Positions 40,562-51,820 are shown, numbered from the whole stretch's first letter. The stretch: DNA of 59,996 nucleotides, filler included, from 4 parts of 4 records of this genome joined end to end with filler, not necessarily neighbours in it, one strand, 5' to 3'. Notes: generated by a model from the letters alone, not told the origin. Translations and numbers: made by a program.

Positions 40562-40653
40562 ATAATCATTAATAATAATTAAAGTTGCAAATATACAAAT
40601 TTAATTTTTATTCTTAATTACATCCTTCAAGAGAATATAATTAAAGTTTTCAG

Positions 40654-40726
40654 TTGGCCCACTAGGTTTCGAACCTAGACTCTTCTGCACCAAAAACAGA
40701 CGTGTTACCAGTTACACCATAGGCCA
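40654..40726 (-). tRNA. tRNA-Gln(TTG), CCA not encoded
   Basis: Full cloverleaf: TGGCCTA/TGGGCCA acceptor, TCTGT-TTTTGGT-GCAGA anticodon arm, CTAGG-TTCGAAA-CCTAG T arm. Confidence 0.95.
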
Positions 40727-40859
40727 ATTGCTGAGCGTGCAAATTTATAATAATCTTTTATTTTAACAAGATTTTTTAAAAAATAAATTTTGATTAAATA
40801 ATTGTTAAAAAAGATAGAGTATAAATTTTATAGTTAAATTTGGCTTTCAAATTATATTT

Positions 40860-43800
40860 ATGAGTGATATTGATTTTAAAAAATGGAATACTATTTTAGG
40901 ATGGCTGTGTTTTTTAATAGCGGCTATTGTATATGCTTTAACTGCAGAACCAACGGTTAGTTTTTGGGATACCGGTGAATACATCTTATCTGCTTCTAAA
41001 CTTAATGTTGGGCATCCACCTGGCGCTCCTCTTTTTCAAATGCTTGGTGCTTTTTTCTCGATATTTGCGATTGAGCCATCCCAAATTGGTTATATAATGA
41101 ACCTGATGAGTGGTGTATCAAGTGCTTTCACAATATTATTTATGTTTTGGTCAATTAGTCTATTGTTGACAAAAGTGTCTATAAAAATGAATATTGAAAA
41201 AAATAATAATTTTATAATTTTAATAAGCTCTTTAGTTGCTAGTTTGTCTTTTATGTTTACTGATACCTTTTGGTTTAATGCAGTAGAAACAGAAGTATAT
41301 GCAATGGCAACACTAATAATGTCAATATTATTTTATTTGGGCCTTAAATGGGAACAAGAGATGCATCTGCCAAGAGGAAATAGATGGCTTGTACTTATAA
41401 GCTTTGTGGTAGGTCTTTCTTTCGGGGTTCATTTTATGGGACTTTTGACTATCCCAGCAATTGGATTGATATATTTTTTCAAAAATTATAAACCAATTAC
41501 ACTTAAGAAGTTTATTTTGGCCAATTTAGCTGTAGTTGGAATTCTAATGTTTGTCTTTAAACTTTTAGCTCCTAACATCCTTAGATATTTTAGTGTCTTG
41601 GAAGTGTTTTTTGTTAATTCAATTGGGCTGCCTTTCAATTCAGGAACTATTATAGCAGGATTATTATTAATTTCATTTTTCTATTATTTATTAAATTACA
41701 CAGTAAAAAATAATCTTAAAACCTTCAACACTGTCACTATTTGTGTTTTATTTATTTTAATAGGTTTTTCTTCTTGGATTATGCTTCCAGTAAGAGCAAA
41801 TTCAGATGTAGTAATTAATGAAAATGACCCCTCTGATGCCAGACAATTATTAGCTTACTATAATCTTGAACAATATCCTAAAACACATTTATTTTATGGG
41901 CCACTATTTACTGATCAGTACTCTGGTTTAGATGAAGAAAAACCCTATAAAGATGACAAGCCAAAATATGAAAAAGATTTAACTCAAAATAAATATGTAA
42001 TAGTTAATAATTATAAAAATGCTAGTCAAAATTTTAACAGTGAACAAGCTTCCATACTGCCAAGAATGTGGAGTTCTGAACATGCTTCAAACTATCTTAG
42101 GTATACAGGATTTTTAGATTATAATGTTAAAAGAAAATATAAAAATCAACCCGAGGCAAAAGAATTAATTGAATTGGTAAATGATTTTAAAAAAAGAACC
42201 TACCAAGGAGATATAGATTATGATGAGCATCATAAATTTTTAAAGACATATGGGACATACCTTGATATTGAAAAACCGTCCATAGTTAGTAATGTAAAAT
42301 ATCTTTTTCAATATCAACTTGGCTATATGTATTGGAGGTATTTTATGTGGAATTTTAGTGGTCGCCAGGACGATATTCAAGGAAGAATGGATATGCATGG
42401 AAACTGGATTAGTGGAATTGATTTTGTTGATGAAATTCATTTGGGTTTAAGTCAAGAAAATTTACCAAGTGATGTTGCTGAAAATAAATCAAGGAACAAG
42501 TATTATATGATCCCTTTTATAATTGGCTTGATTGGTCTCTATTTTTTATATAATAAAGACAAAGAAATGTTTTGGATTTTGTTGGTGTTTTTTGTTTTTA
42601 CTGGTATCGCTATTCAGGTATATACCAATGTTAGACCTTTTGAACCAAGGGAAAGAGATTACTCAGTTGTTGGTTCATTTTATGTTTACTGTATTTGGAT
42701 TGGTTTTGGAATATTTAGTCTAATTAATTCATTAGAAAAAGTTACTAATTCTAAATATATTAAACTTTTAACTATCCCTATTTTTCTCTTAATATTACCC
42801 ATAAATCTTGCTAGTAGCAACTGGGATGATCATGATCGTTCCGGAAGATATACTGCACGTTCAATGGCGCTAAAATATTTAGAATCTTGTGAACCAAATT
42901 CAATTTTATTTACTATTGGTGATAATGATACTTTCCCATTATGGTATTTGCAAGAAATTGAAGGAATTAGAACTGATGTTCGTGTTTTGAATACTAGCCT
43001 TTTTAACACAGATTGGTACATTGATCAAATGAAAAGGAAGGCGTATGATAGTGACCCTATACCGTCATCTTTATCTCATGGAAAGTATCGATATGGAACA
43101 AGAGATTATATAATAAAAGAAGTTACTACATTGGATACTATTGACATTAAGACATTTATAAAATTTGTAACACAAGATGATGAGAAGTATAAGTATAAAA
43201 ACTTACTGCAAAAACAAGGTTACGAAACCAATTATTTGAGAGAGCAAGATTTAAATGCGAATTATCTACCTACTGAGAGTATTCGAATTCCTGTCAACAA
43301 AGAATCTGTACTTAATAATAAAATTGTTGATAATAGCTTATCAGATGAAATTGTAGATGAAATAATAATTAAAATTAAAGGTCAAGCGCTTTACAAAAAT
43401 AGATTAATGATGCTTGATATTATTGCCGAAAACAACTGGGAAAGACCAATTTACTTTACTGGTGGTTCATTTGGTGATGATGATTATTTATGGATGAAAG
43501 ACTATTTACAGTTAGAAGGCTTGTGTTATAAGTTAGTTCCTATTAAAACACCAATCGATCAATCGAATCCCTATGAAATGGGTAGAGTAAACACAGAAAA
43601 AATGTATTCAATGGTTAAAGATTGGGATTGGGGAACTAAAGGAAATGTGGGTGTGTATTTTGATGTTGAATCAAGAAAAAATAGCATTACCTATAGAAGT
43701 AATATTTCTAGATTAGTTAATCAGCTTATTATAGAAAATAAAAATGACAAAGCGGAAGAAATATCTGACATAGTAATTGAAAATATGCCTGTGAATATAT

Positions 43801-44096
43801 TTGGGTATTACACCCTTCTTGAATCTTACATAGATTCCTATTATAGACTTGAAAATAAAGAAAAGGCTAGAAATTTATTTTCAGAAATTGCGAATAAGTA
43901 CAAGGAAAATTTATTTTATTTTAGTAGTCTTAAAGATGAAAATAAAAACAGATATGCTGAAGAAATTTACACAGACATAGAAAGATATAGATCTTTAGTA
44001 GGTGTAATTATTTCTTACGAGGAAGGTGAGTTTTTAGAAAAACAAATGGATGATTTTAATTCTTACTTAGAATTTTTTATTGGCAAAGAAGAATAA
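40860..44096 (+). CDS. DUF2723 (TMEM260-like) GT-C membrane glycosyltransferase
   Basis: SFWDTGEYI, HPPGAP, ETEVY, RERDY, GDNDTFPLWY. Confidence 0.88.
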   Translation: MSDIDFKKWNTILGWLCFLIAAIVYALTAEPTVSFWDTGEYILSASKLNVGHPPGAPLFQMLGAFFSIFAIEPSQIGYIMNLMSGVSSAFTILFMFWSISLLLTKVSIKMNIEKNNNFIILISSLVASLSFMFTDTFWFNAVETEVYAMATLIMSILFYLGLKWEQEMHLPRGNRWLVLISFVVGLSFGVHFMGLLTIPAIGLIYFFKNYKPITLKKFILANLAVVGILMFVFKLLAPNILRYFSVLEVFFVNSIGLPFNSGTIIAGLLLISFFYYLLNYTVKNNLKTFNTVTICVLFILIGFSSWIMLPVRANSDVVINENDPSDARQLLAYYNLEQYPKTHLFYGPLFTDQYSGLDEEKPYKDDKPKYEKDLTQNKYVIVNNYKNASQNFNSEQASILPRMWSSEHASNYLRYTGFLDYNVKRKYKNQPEAKELIELVNDFKKRTYQGDIDYDEHHKFLKTYGTYLDIEKPSIVSNVKYLFQYQLGYMYWRYFMWNFSGRQDDIQGRMDMHGNWISGIDFVDEIHLGLSQENLPSDVAENKSRNKYYMIPFIIGLIGLYFLYNKDKEMFWILLVFFVFTGIAIQVYTNVRPFEPRERDYSVVGSFYVYCIWIGFGIFSLINSLEKVTNSKYIKLLTIPIFLLILPINLASSNWDDHDRSGRYTARSMALKYLESCEPNSILFTIGDNDTFPLWYLQEIEGIRTDVRVLNTSLFNTDWYIDQMKRKAYDSDPIPSSLSHGKYRYGTRDYIIKEVTTLDTIDIKTFIKFVTQDDEKYKYKNLLQKQGYETNYLREQDLNANYLPTESIRIPVNKESVLNNKIVDNSLSDEIVDEIIIKIKGQALYKNRLMMLDIIAENNWERPIYFTGGSFGDDDYLWMKDYLQLEGLCYKLVPIKTPIDQSNPYEMGRVNTEKMYSMVKDWDWGTKGNVGVYFDVESRKNSITYRSNISRLVNQLIIENKNDKAEEISDIVIENMPVNIFGYYTLLESYIDSYYRLENKEKARNLFSEIANKYKENLFYFSSLKDENKNRYAEEIYTDIERYRSLVGVIISYEEGEFLEKQMDDFNSYLEFFIGKEE

Positions 44097-44097
44097 A

Positions 44098-44394
44098 TTA
44101 TATGTATTCTTGAATACGGCCGATTAAAGTGTTCGCATCTTCAACACCACTTTGTCTCCACTTCATTTCACCATTTTTATATATAATAAAAGTGGGAAGC
44201 CCTTTAATTCTAAGAGCCTCAGCAAGGTCATTATTTTTATCTACATCAATTTTAATAACTTTAGCTTTATCTCCAATAGCAGCAGCAACATCCTTTATTA
44301 CAGGATGCATCTCGTTTGAGGTTTCATCCCATTGTGTGAAAAATTCGAGAAGAACAGGAATTTCTACATCAATTAATTCTCCAAATTTTGACAT
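44098..44394 (-). CDS. Thioredoxin-family protein lacking CxxC
   Basis: PVLLEFFTQW, KIDVDKN, GLPT, WRQSG; no cysteines. Confidence 0.8.
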   Translation of the reverse strand: MSKFGELIDVEIPVLLEFFTQWDETSNEMHPVIKDVAAAIGDKAKVIKIDVDKNNDLAEALRIKGLPTFIIYKNGEMKWRQSGVEDANTLIGRIQEYI

Positions 44395-44447
44395 AACTTA
44401 AAGTTTTAAATCAATTAAGGTTATACAAATATAACATTTCCACAGGA

Positions 44448-45656
44448 TTATACATTACTTGTTGATTTTAAGGTGATTACAGTGATTTCTGGCCACACTC
44501 CAAGCCTACCTGGAACAGCTGTAGTCCCTAAGCCTCTATTAACATTTAAATATTTATTTTTTTCTTTATAAATACCTGCCCAATATTTATATCGCCAGCT
44601 TACAGGACTCCATTTTACATGACCTGGGATTTCAATACCAAACTGGCCTCCGTGGGTATGACCACTAAGAGTTAATTGATAATTAGTATTGTCGATTAAA
44701 ACTTTTTTCTGCCAATGAGTTGGATCATGACTTAGCAGTATTTTAAAATCCTTTGATTGAATTTTTTCAGAGGCTTTGGATAAATCACCATATTTTCTAA
44801 AGTCATTTCCCCAATTTTCCACTCCGACAATAGCTAATTTGTGAATACCTCTTTTTATATATTTGCTGTCATTTGTTAATAACTCAAATCCTATATCTTT
44901 CTGGTATTGTTTTATCTTGTTAAAGTTATCAATTTTTTCGTTCTCAGATGGCCAAGATCGATAATCACCATAATCATGATTTCCTAAAATAGAATAAATT
45001 CCATCTTTAGATTTAAGCTTAGAAAGTGTGTTTATCCATGGCGTTAACTCAACCGCTGCATTATTAACTAAATCTCCTGTAAAAAAAATTACGTCTGAAT
45101 TTTGAGAATTAATTAGCCTTACAGTATGTTCTAAATAATCTAAACTATTGATATTTCCTGCATGAATATCGCTAATTTGAGTTAATTGATATCCGTCAAA
45201 AGAACTAGGAAGATCATCAAAAAAAAGGGTGTATTTAAGTACCTTTACATTGTTTTTTCCCCAAATCATTCCGAAATTAATACTGAAAAAAGGAAGTGAT
45301 GCTAAACCTAACCCTAGCTTGCTAATAAAATTTCTTCTGGACGGTAATTCAATTGACTTATTGAATCCAAAAATTCGATTAATCAAAGCTAAACTAAGCC
45401 TAAAAAAATCCTCGCTAAAATTAATGATTATTAGAACTAATTTTGGACTGTAAAAAGAAATTAATAAACCAAGTGCTAATGTTCTGTAACTACCTTCAGC
45501 CTGTATTTTATATTTATAAAAGAAATAAAAGACTATTAAAAAAGATATTGTAAAATAAGAATATTTAACAATTCTGTTTTTTGTAATATTTTTTATCGAT
45601 TGATATGAATAATAATCAATGAAAATAACAAATAATAAAAAAAAAATCCAGGACAT
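44448..45656 (-). CDS. Membrane-anchored metallophosphoesterase (YkuE-like)
   Basis: SDIH, TGDLVN, LGNHD, LSHDP, SGHTHGGQ; ATG 45656 preferred because a TATATTTG promoter overlaps the TTG at 45668. Confidence 0.88.
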   Translation of the reverse strand: MSWIFFLLFVIFIDYYSYQSIKNITKNRIVKYSYFTISFLIVFYFFYKYKIQAEGSYRTLALGLLISFYSPKLVLIIINFSEDFFRLSLALINRIFGFNKSIELPSRRNFISKLGLGLASLPFFSINFGMIWGKNNVKVLKYTLFFDDLPSSFDGYQLTQISDIHAGNINSLDYLEHTVRLINSQNSDVIFFTGDLVNNAAVELTPWINTLSKLKSKDGIYSILGNHDYGDYRSWPSENEKIDNFNKIKQYQKDIGFELLTNDSKYIKRGIHKLAIVGVENWGNDFRKYGDLSKASEKIQSKDFKILLSHDPTHWQKKVLIDNTNYQLTLSGHTHGGQFGIEIPGHVKWSPVSWRYKYWAGIYKEKNKYLNVNRGLGTTAVPGRLGVWPEITVITLKSTSNV

Positions 45657-45781
45657 AATTGAATGCAAATATATACTTATAATTGTTGATGATTAATTAA
45701 AATTTATTTAATAAAATGTTAAATATTCTTAATTGCTTTACTTATTTTAGACAACTAACAAATTTTAAAAAATTAATCTTA

Positions 45782-47425
45782 ATGAAAAATCAAAATAACA
45801 ATTCTGCTTTAGCTACTTTGGTAAGCGTATTTTTTTTCTGGGGCTTTATAGGTGCTTCAAATGGAGTTTTTATTCCATTTTGCAAAGAATACTTTATGAT
45901 AGATCAATTTCAATCTCAGCTTGTTGATTTTGCATTTTATGGAGCATATTATATAGGAGCTCTTGTATTATTTGTATTATCTAGCCAAAGAAAAAAGGAT
46001 ATTTTTAATAGTTGGGGATACAAAAAAGGAATTATCTACGGATTATTAATTTCAACAGTTGGCGCTTTAGTAATGTATCCAGCTATAAATGGAGCTGAAC
46101 CTGGGCAAACCGAAGTGTTTTATTGGGTTCTCCTTGCGTTATTTATTGTTGGGTTAGGCTTTTCTCTACAACAAACTGGAGCAAATCCATTTGCAGTTTC
46201 TCTTGGTGATCCTAAATCGGGATCCTCAAGATTAAATCTTGCAGGAGGAGTTAATTCTTTCGGTACAACTATTGGACCCTTAGCTGTTGCATTTATAATT
46301 TTTGGAACCTTATCTGGCGAAGGAACTGCTGAGTTTTCAAAAATGCAAGGTTTATACCTTGGAGTAGCTGCTCTATTTATTTTATGTGCTGCAGTTTTCC
46401 ACTTTTCAAAAAGTTTACCAGATGGCATAACAATTGAGCCATTTGAATCTGCTAATAAAGCAATGAATTTATTAATTATTTTAACTGTTATAATATTCCT
46501 ATGTTTTGGATGGGTATTTTATACTTACGCAGAATCATACAACTATACAGGATCTGTTGAAGATTTAGAATATAAAAGGTTAGCAGCGATAATTACATCT
46601 CTAATTGGCGTTGTTGGGTGTATATATTATGCCTATGTTAAATCTTCCTCAAATTCAAAGGGATGGGGGGCATTACAATTCCCACAACTTGCCCTAGGGA
46701 TGTTGGCTATATTTACTTATGTTGGGGTTGAGGTCACAATTCAGAGTAATTTAGGTGAAGTTTTAAAGTTAGTTACCGATAAAGTAAACAACCTGAACGG
46801 ACTAGGATTGCCTGCACTTGGTGATACAGAAATTGCTAAATATATCTCATTATACTGGGGAGGATTAATGATCGGCAGATGGACTGGAGCAATCAGTGTT
46901 TTTAATCCAACAGAGGGGTTAAAGAAAGTTCTTTTAATAATAGTTCCATATATAGCTTTTGGAGTAATCGTTTTAGTTAATTACGGTAGTTACACATGGA
47001 ATGAAATTTTTATATTTTCAGTTATTGTAGCTATACAAATTGTTGGTTTTTTTATTGCTAAAGACAAAGCAATAGCAACACTAAAAGTATTTAGCATGGT
47101 TGGATTAGCAGCAATGTTAATAGGGCTATTTTCAACTGGAACAGTAGCATTATTTGCTTTTATTAGTGGTGGTCTTTTCTGCTCTATAATGTGGCCTTGT
47201 ATTTTTTCATTAAGTATAACTGGTTTAGGTAAATATACCTCTCAAGGCTCTTCATTTTTAGTAATGATGATTTTAGGTGGAGCTATTATCCCTCCTATTC
47301 AAGGAAAAATTGCAGATATTTTCACTATTCAGTCATCTTATTGGGTAGCTGTATTATGTTTTGCTTATCTGATTCTTTACGCATTTTTAACAAAAAAAAT
47401 ATTAGGAGACCAAATTGAAAATTAA
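45782..47425 (+). CDS. MFS sugar transporter, FucP/GluP family
   Basis: [38 protein letters not shown]; start taken at ATG 45782. Confidence 0.88.
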   Translation: MKNQNNNSALATLVSVFFFWGFIGASNGVFIPFCKEYFMIDQFQSQLVDFAFYGAYYIGALVLFVLSSQRKKDIFNSWGYKKGIIYGLLISTVGALVMYPAINGAEPGQTEVFYWVLLALFIVGLGFSLQQTGANPFAVSLGDPKSGSSRLNLAGGVNSFGTTIGPLAVAFIIFGTLSGEGTAEFSKMQGLYLGVAALFILCAAVFHFSKSLPDGITIEPFESANKAMNLLIILTVIIFLCFGWVFYTYAESYNYTGSVEDLEYKRLAAIITSLIGVVGCIYYAYVKSSSNSKGWGALQFPQLALGMLAIFTYVGVEVTIQSNLGEVLKLVTDKVNNLNGLGLPALGDTEIAKYISLYWGGLMIGRWTGAISVFNPTEGLKKVLLIIVPYIAFGVIVLVNYGSYTWNEIFIFSVIVAIQIVGFFIAKDKAIATLKVFSMVGLAAMLIGLFSTGTVALFAFISGGLFCSIMWPCIFSLSITGLGKYTSQGSSFLVMMILGGAIIPPIQGKIADIFTIQSSYWVAVLCFAYLILYAFLTKKILGDQIEN

Positions 47426-47428
47426 GTA

Positions 47429-48403
47429 ATGAAAAGAAGGGGATTTATTAAGAAAAGCTCTTTACTAGGTGTAAGCGTTGGCATCCCTAGTTCATTTGCT
47501 TTGGAAATAAATGAACCTAAGGTGAAACTCAAAAAATTTCCATTAGTTATAGCAACTTGGGATGTGAAAAATGCAACAAAAAAAGCATGGGATTTATTAG
47601 AAAGTGGATCTAGTTCTTTGGATGCAGTAGAGCAAGGATGTATGATCGAAGAAGCTGATGTTAATAATCAATCTGTTGGAAAGGGTGGATTACCAGACAG
47701 AGATGGAAACGTAACATTAGATGCATGCATAATGAATTCTAATGGAGATTGCGGATCCGTAGTATATTTAAAAAATATAACTCACGCTATTTCAGTAGCA
47801 AGAAAAATAATGGAAGAAACACCTCATGTCATTTTAGCAGGGGTTGGTGCTGAAAAATTTGCATACTCTTTGGGTTATAAAAAAGAAAAACTATTAACTG
47901 ATAAATCTAGATTAGATTGGTTAGATTGGAAAAAGAAATCTGAATATAAACCAATAATAAATATTGAAAATCACGATACTATAGGAATGCTGGCTATTGA
48001 TAATAATGGTGATATTTCTGGTGGTTGTACAACAAGTGGCTTAGCTTACAAAATGTCTGGTAGAGTTGGAGATTCTCCAATAATTGGGTCTGGACTATTT
48101 ATTGACAATGAAGTTGGGGGAGCTGTTGCAACAGGTTTAGGAGAAGAAGTTGTTAAAACGGTTGGCAGTTTTTTAATTGTTGAGTTAATGAGAAATGGTT
48201 ATAGCCCTCAAAAGGCATGTGAAGAAGCTATAAGAAGAATCGTTTCGAAAAAGAATAGTAATTATAAAGATTTTCAAGTAGGTTATATTGCCATTAATAA
48301 AAGTGGGGAGACCGGCAGTTATTCAATTCATGACGGGTTTAGTATGACTAAGTTCGAAAACAATCTTAACAAAACATTTAAGTCCAATTATTACAGTGGC
48401 TGA
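47429..48403 (+). CDS. N4-(beta-N-acetylglucosaminyl)-L-asparaginase (glycosylasparaginase), Tat signal
   Basis: MKRRGFIK; NHDTIG autoproteolysis site; GRVGDSPIIG. Confidence 0.9.
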   Translation: MKRRGFIKKSSLLGVSVGIPSSFALEINEPKVKLKKFPLVIATWDVKNATKKAWDLLESGSSSLDAVEQGCMIEEADVNNQSVGKGGLPDRDGNVTLDACIMNSNGDCGSVVYLKNITHAISVARKIMEETPHVILAGVGAEKFAYSLGYKKEKLLTDKSRLDWLDWKKKSEYKPIINIENHDTIGMLAIDNNGDISGGCTTSGLAYKMSGRVGDSPIIGSGLFIDNEVGGAVATGLGEEVVKTVGSFLIVELMRNGYSPQKACEEAIRRIVSKKNSNYKDFQVGYIAINKSGETGSYSIHDGFSMTKFENNLNKTFKSNYYSG

Positions 48404-48426
48404 TTTTTTATAATCGTTATAATTTA

Positions 48427-51231
48427 ATGAATAGAAAAAGATTATTTTTAATAGATGCTTATGCTCTAATATTTAGAGGTTATTATGCTTTTATAAAAAA
48501 TCCTAGAATTAATTCAAAAGGGCTTGACACCTCTGCAATTTTAGGATTTACAAATTCCCTATTTGATGTAATTAAAAGAGAAAATCCAGATTATTTAGCA
48601 GTTTGTTTTGATAAAGGTGGTAGTCAAGACAGAGTTGAAATATTTTCCGAGTATAAAGCAAATAGAGATGAAACTCCAGAGGCGATTAAAATTGCAGTAC
48701 CTTTTATTGAGCAAATATTAAAAGCATTAAACATTCCTGTTATTGTAAAAAAAGGATACGAAGCAGATGATATAATTGGAACTTTATCCAAAAAAGCTGA
48801 ACAAGAAGGCTACCAGACATTTATGGTTACCCCTGACAAAGATTTTGCACAACTAGTTACTGAAAATATTTTTATGTACAAGCCGATGTTTGGCGGTGGT
48901 TATGAAGTTTGGGGTGTAGAGGAAGTGAGAAACAAGTTTGAGGTTTCTGATCCAATTCAAGTAATCGATTTTTTAGGGATGAAAGGAGATTCAGCTGATA
49001 ATATTCCTGGGTTGCCTGGTGTTGGTGATAAAACTGCTAAGAAATTTATAGCCGAATATGGAAGTATGGAAGAATTATTAGCTAACACTGATAATTTAAA
49101 AGGAAAATTAAAAGAGAAAATTGAAACAAATAAAGAATTAGGTTTACTATCCAAAAAACTTGCAACAATAATTCTTGATGTTCCCGTAGATTTTAGCCCC
49201 AATGAATTTAAATTCAAAGTAACAGATTTATTTGAAGTTAAAGATGTTTTTAGAGAATTAGAATTTAGAAGACTTATAGAAAGTGTAGATAGAATTTTTA
49301 AGATTAATAATGATGATGAAGATCTTGAAATAAAATCAGAATCAACAATACAAACACCTGTAAAAAATGCCGGTTCGGGTCAATTTTCTTTATTTGATGA
49401 AACCAATACATTTGAAAAACCAAAAATATTTAAAAGAAATAACCTATCTAATTCATCGAACTATTACCAAACAATTGATTCAAGCTTTGGTCTTAAACTG
49501 TTGTTAAAAAAACTTAATCTTAATTCTTCCGTTAGTTATAAACTTTTATCAAATAAAGTAAATTATTTATCTGATAAAATATTAGGAGTTTCTATATGTT
49601 GGGAGAAAGGAAAAGCATACTATTTATCCTTTTCAAATGATTTTGAAATTACGGAACTCATTTCATTTTTTGAAAATGAAAGTATTGAAAAAATAAGTGA
49701 TAATATAAAAAATGATATTAAACTTCTTAATCAACATAACATTAAGATTAAAGGAAAAATATTTGATACTAAATTAGCTCATTACATAATCAACCCTGAT
49801 ACTAACCACTCAATTAACCAACTCTCTGAAACATATTTAAATTACTCATTAATTGATTTACAGTTGTTAACGGGAAAAGGGAAAAATCAAAAATTAATTT
49901 CTGATTTGGCAGTGGATCAAATTAAGAATTTTATTTGCGAACAAGCGGATGTAAACCTTCAATTAAAAAGTCTTTTTAAAATTGAATTAAACAACACTAA
50001 GCTATTTAATTTATTTGATGAAATTGAAATTCCACTTTTAAAAGTTTTAGCTGATATGGAGATTCAAGGAATAAATTTAGATATAAAGTTCCTAGAGTTA
50101 TTAAAAACGGATTTAATTAACGATATTTCAAGTTTAGAGGAATTAATTTATACTGAGGCTGGTGAGAATTTCAATATCTCTTCCCCTAAACAATTAGGAG
50201 AAGTTTTATTTGAAAAAATGCAGTTAGTTAAAAATCCAAAAAAAACTAAAACTGGTCAATTTTCAACTTCAGAAGATATTCTAAAAGACCTTTCCTCTGA
50301 GCACGATTTTGTCAAAAATATACTTCAATACAGAAGCTTATCAAAACTGATGAGTACTTATGTTGATTCTTTACCAAACCAAGTCTTAAGTTCCACAAAT
50401 AGAGTTCACACTGAATATCTGCAAACGGTAGCTTCAACTGGCAGGCTGAGTAGCATAAATCCTAACCTTCAAAATATTCCTATAAGAACTAAAAGGGGCA
50501 GAGAAGTTAGAAAGGCTTTTATTCCCAAAGATGAAAATTATTTTTTACTGGCCGCTGATTATTCACAAATAGAATTACGAATAATTGCATCTATGAGTGG
50601 AGAAAAGAATATGATTAAAGCATTTAATAATAACGAAGATATTCATAGTTCTACGGCATCTATAGTATTTGATATTCCGGTAAATGAGGTGACTAAAACA
50701 CAAAGATCAAATGCTAAAACAGTTAATTTTGGTATAATATATGGTGTTTCTGCATTTGGGTTAAGTAATCAAACGGATTTATCCAGATCTGAATCAAAAG
50801 AGCTTATCGAAACATATTACCATAAATATCCAAATTTAAAAAAATTCATTAGTGATCAAATTGCTTACGCACGAAATAACGGATATGTCAAAACATTAAT
50901 TGGCAGAAAAAGATATCTTAAAGATATAAATTCAAGTAATGGATTAGTTAGAAGTGGAGCAGAAAGAAACGCAGTAAATGCCCCCATACAAGGTACTGCC
51001 GCAGATATTATCAAAATAGCAATGATTAATATTCATAATAGATTATCAAAAGAAAACTTGTCAAGTAAAATGTTATTACAAGTTCATGATGAATTAGTAT
51101 TTGATGTTTATAAACCAGAAATACGTGAAACTATTTTAGTTATTAAAGAGGAAATGGAAAATGCTTTTAAATTAAATATCCCATTAACAGTAGATATAGA
51201 TTATGGTCTCAACTGGTTGGAAGCACATTAA
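48427..51231 (+). CDS. polA: DNA polymerase I
   Basis: 5'-3' exonuclease (YEADD, GDSADNIPG), DYSQIELR, KTVNFGIIYG, QVHDELVF. Confidence 0.97.
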   Translation: MNRKRLFLIDAYALIFRGYYAFIKNPRINSKGLDTSAILGFTNSLFDVIKRENPDYLAVCFDKGGSQDRVEIFSEYKANRDETPEAIKIAVPFIEQILKALNIPVIVKKGYEADDIIGTLSKKAEQEGYQTFMVTPDKDFAQLVTENIFMYKPMFGGGYEVWGVEEVRNKFEVSDPIQVIDFLGMKGDSADNIPGLPGVGDKTAKKFIAEYGSMEELLANTDNLKGKLKEKIETNKELGLLSKKLATIILDVPVDFSPNEFKFKVTDLFEVKDVFRELEFRRLIESVDRIFKINNDDEDLEIKSESTIQTPVKNAGSGQFSLFDETNTFEKPKIFKRNNLSNSSNYYQTIDSSFGLKLLLKKLNLNSSVSYKLLSNKVNYLSDKILGVSICWEKGKAYYLSFSNDFEITELISFFENESIEKISDNIKNDIKLLNQHNIKIKGKIFDTKLAHYIINPDTNHSINQLSETYLNYSLIDLQLLTGKGKNQKLISDLAVDQIKNFICEQADVNLQLKSLFKIELNNTKLFNLFDEIEIPLLKVLADMEIQGINLDIKFLELLKTDLINDISSLEELIYTEAGENFNISSPKQLGEVLFEKMQLVKNPKKTKTGQFSTSEDILKDLSSEHDFVKNILQYRSLSKLMSTYVDSLPNQVLSSTNRVHTEYLQTVASTGRLSSINPNLQNIPIRTKRGREVRKAFIPKDENYFLLAADYSQIELRIIASMSGEKNMIKAFNNNEDIHSSTASIVFDIPVNEVTKTQRSNAKTVNFGIIYGVSAFGLSNQTDLSRSESKELIETYYHKYPNLKKFISDQIAYARNNGYVKTLIGRKRYLKDINSSNGLVRSGAERNAVNAPIQGTAADIIKIAMINIHNRLSKENLSSKMLLQVHDELVFDVYKPEIRETILVIKEEMENAFKLNIPLTVDIDYGLNWLEAH

Positions 51232-51310
51232 ATTATTTATATATAAATCTTTAAACAATATCTCAAAAAAATAATTTTATAGTTCTATTTGCTATTCAAA
51301 TATATAATTG

Positions 51311-51318
51311 TAGATTTG
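51311..51318 (+). promoter_or_regulatory. Bacteroidetes -7 promoter element TAnnTTTG for rplM-rpsI-rpsB
   Basis: TAGATTTG; the same motif occurs before actA, SPOR, rimP, tRNA-Gln, DUF2723 and thioredoxin. Confidence 0.7.
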
Positions 51319-51364
51319 CACACTCTTTTCGAGAGAAATTAATTATTAATGAAAATATTATAAA

Positions 51365-51820
51365 TTGGATAATTTAAGTTATAAAACTATTTCAGCAAAC
51401 AAAGCTACTGTGAATAAACAGTGGGTTATTGTTGATGCAGATGGTCAAAATTTAGGAAGATTAGCTTCGAGAGTTGCTATATTATTAAGAGGAAAGCACA
51501 AAACAAATTTTACTCCTCACGTAGATTGTGGAGATAATGTTATTGTAATAAATGCCTCTAAAGTTAAGTTAAGCGGAAACAAATGGGAAGAAAAGATGTA
51601 TGTAAGACATACTGGTTACCCTGGTGGTCAAAGATTTAAATCTGCTACTCAACTTTATGATCAAAATCCATCTATAATTATTGAAAAATCAGTAAAAGGC
51701 ATGCTGCCAAAAAATAAACTTGGAGCAGAATTATTTAGAAACTTATATGTGAGTTCTGATTCGAATCATAATCATGAAGCACAAAAACCAACTATTATTA
51801 ACTTAAACAAAGTGAATTAA
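51365..51820 (+). CDS. rplM: 50S ribosomal protein L13
   Basis: LGRLAS, FTPHVDCGD, HTGYPGG. Confidence 0.98.
   Translation: MDNLSYKTISANKATVNKQWVIVDADGQNLGRLASRVAILLRGKHKTNFTPHVDCGDNVIVINASKVKLSGNKWEEKMYVRHTGYPGGQRFKSATQLYDQNPSIIIEKSVKGMLPKNKLGAELFRNLYVSSDSNHNHEAQKPTIINLNKVN

Noticed and set aside
51324-51340. Small hairpin upstream of rplM as an L13 leader
   Set aside because: Only about 4 bp; not supportable without an alignment.
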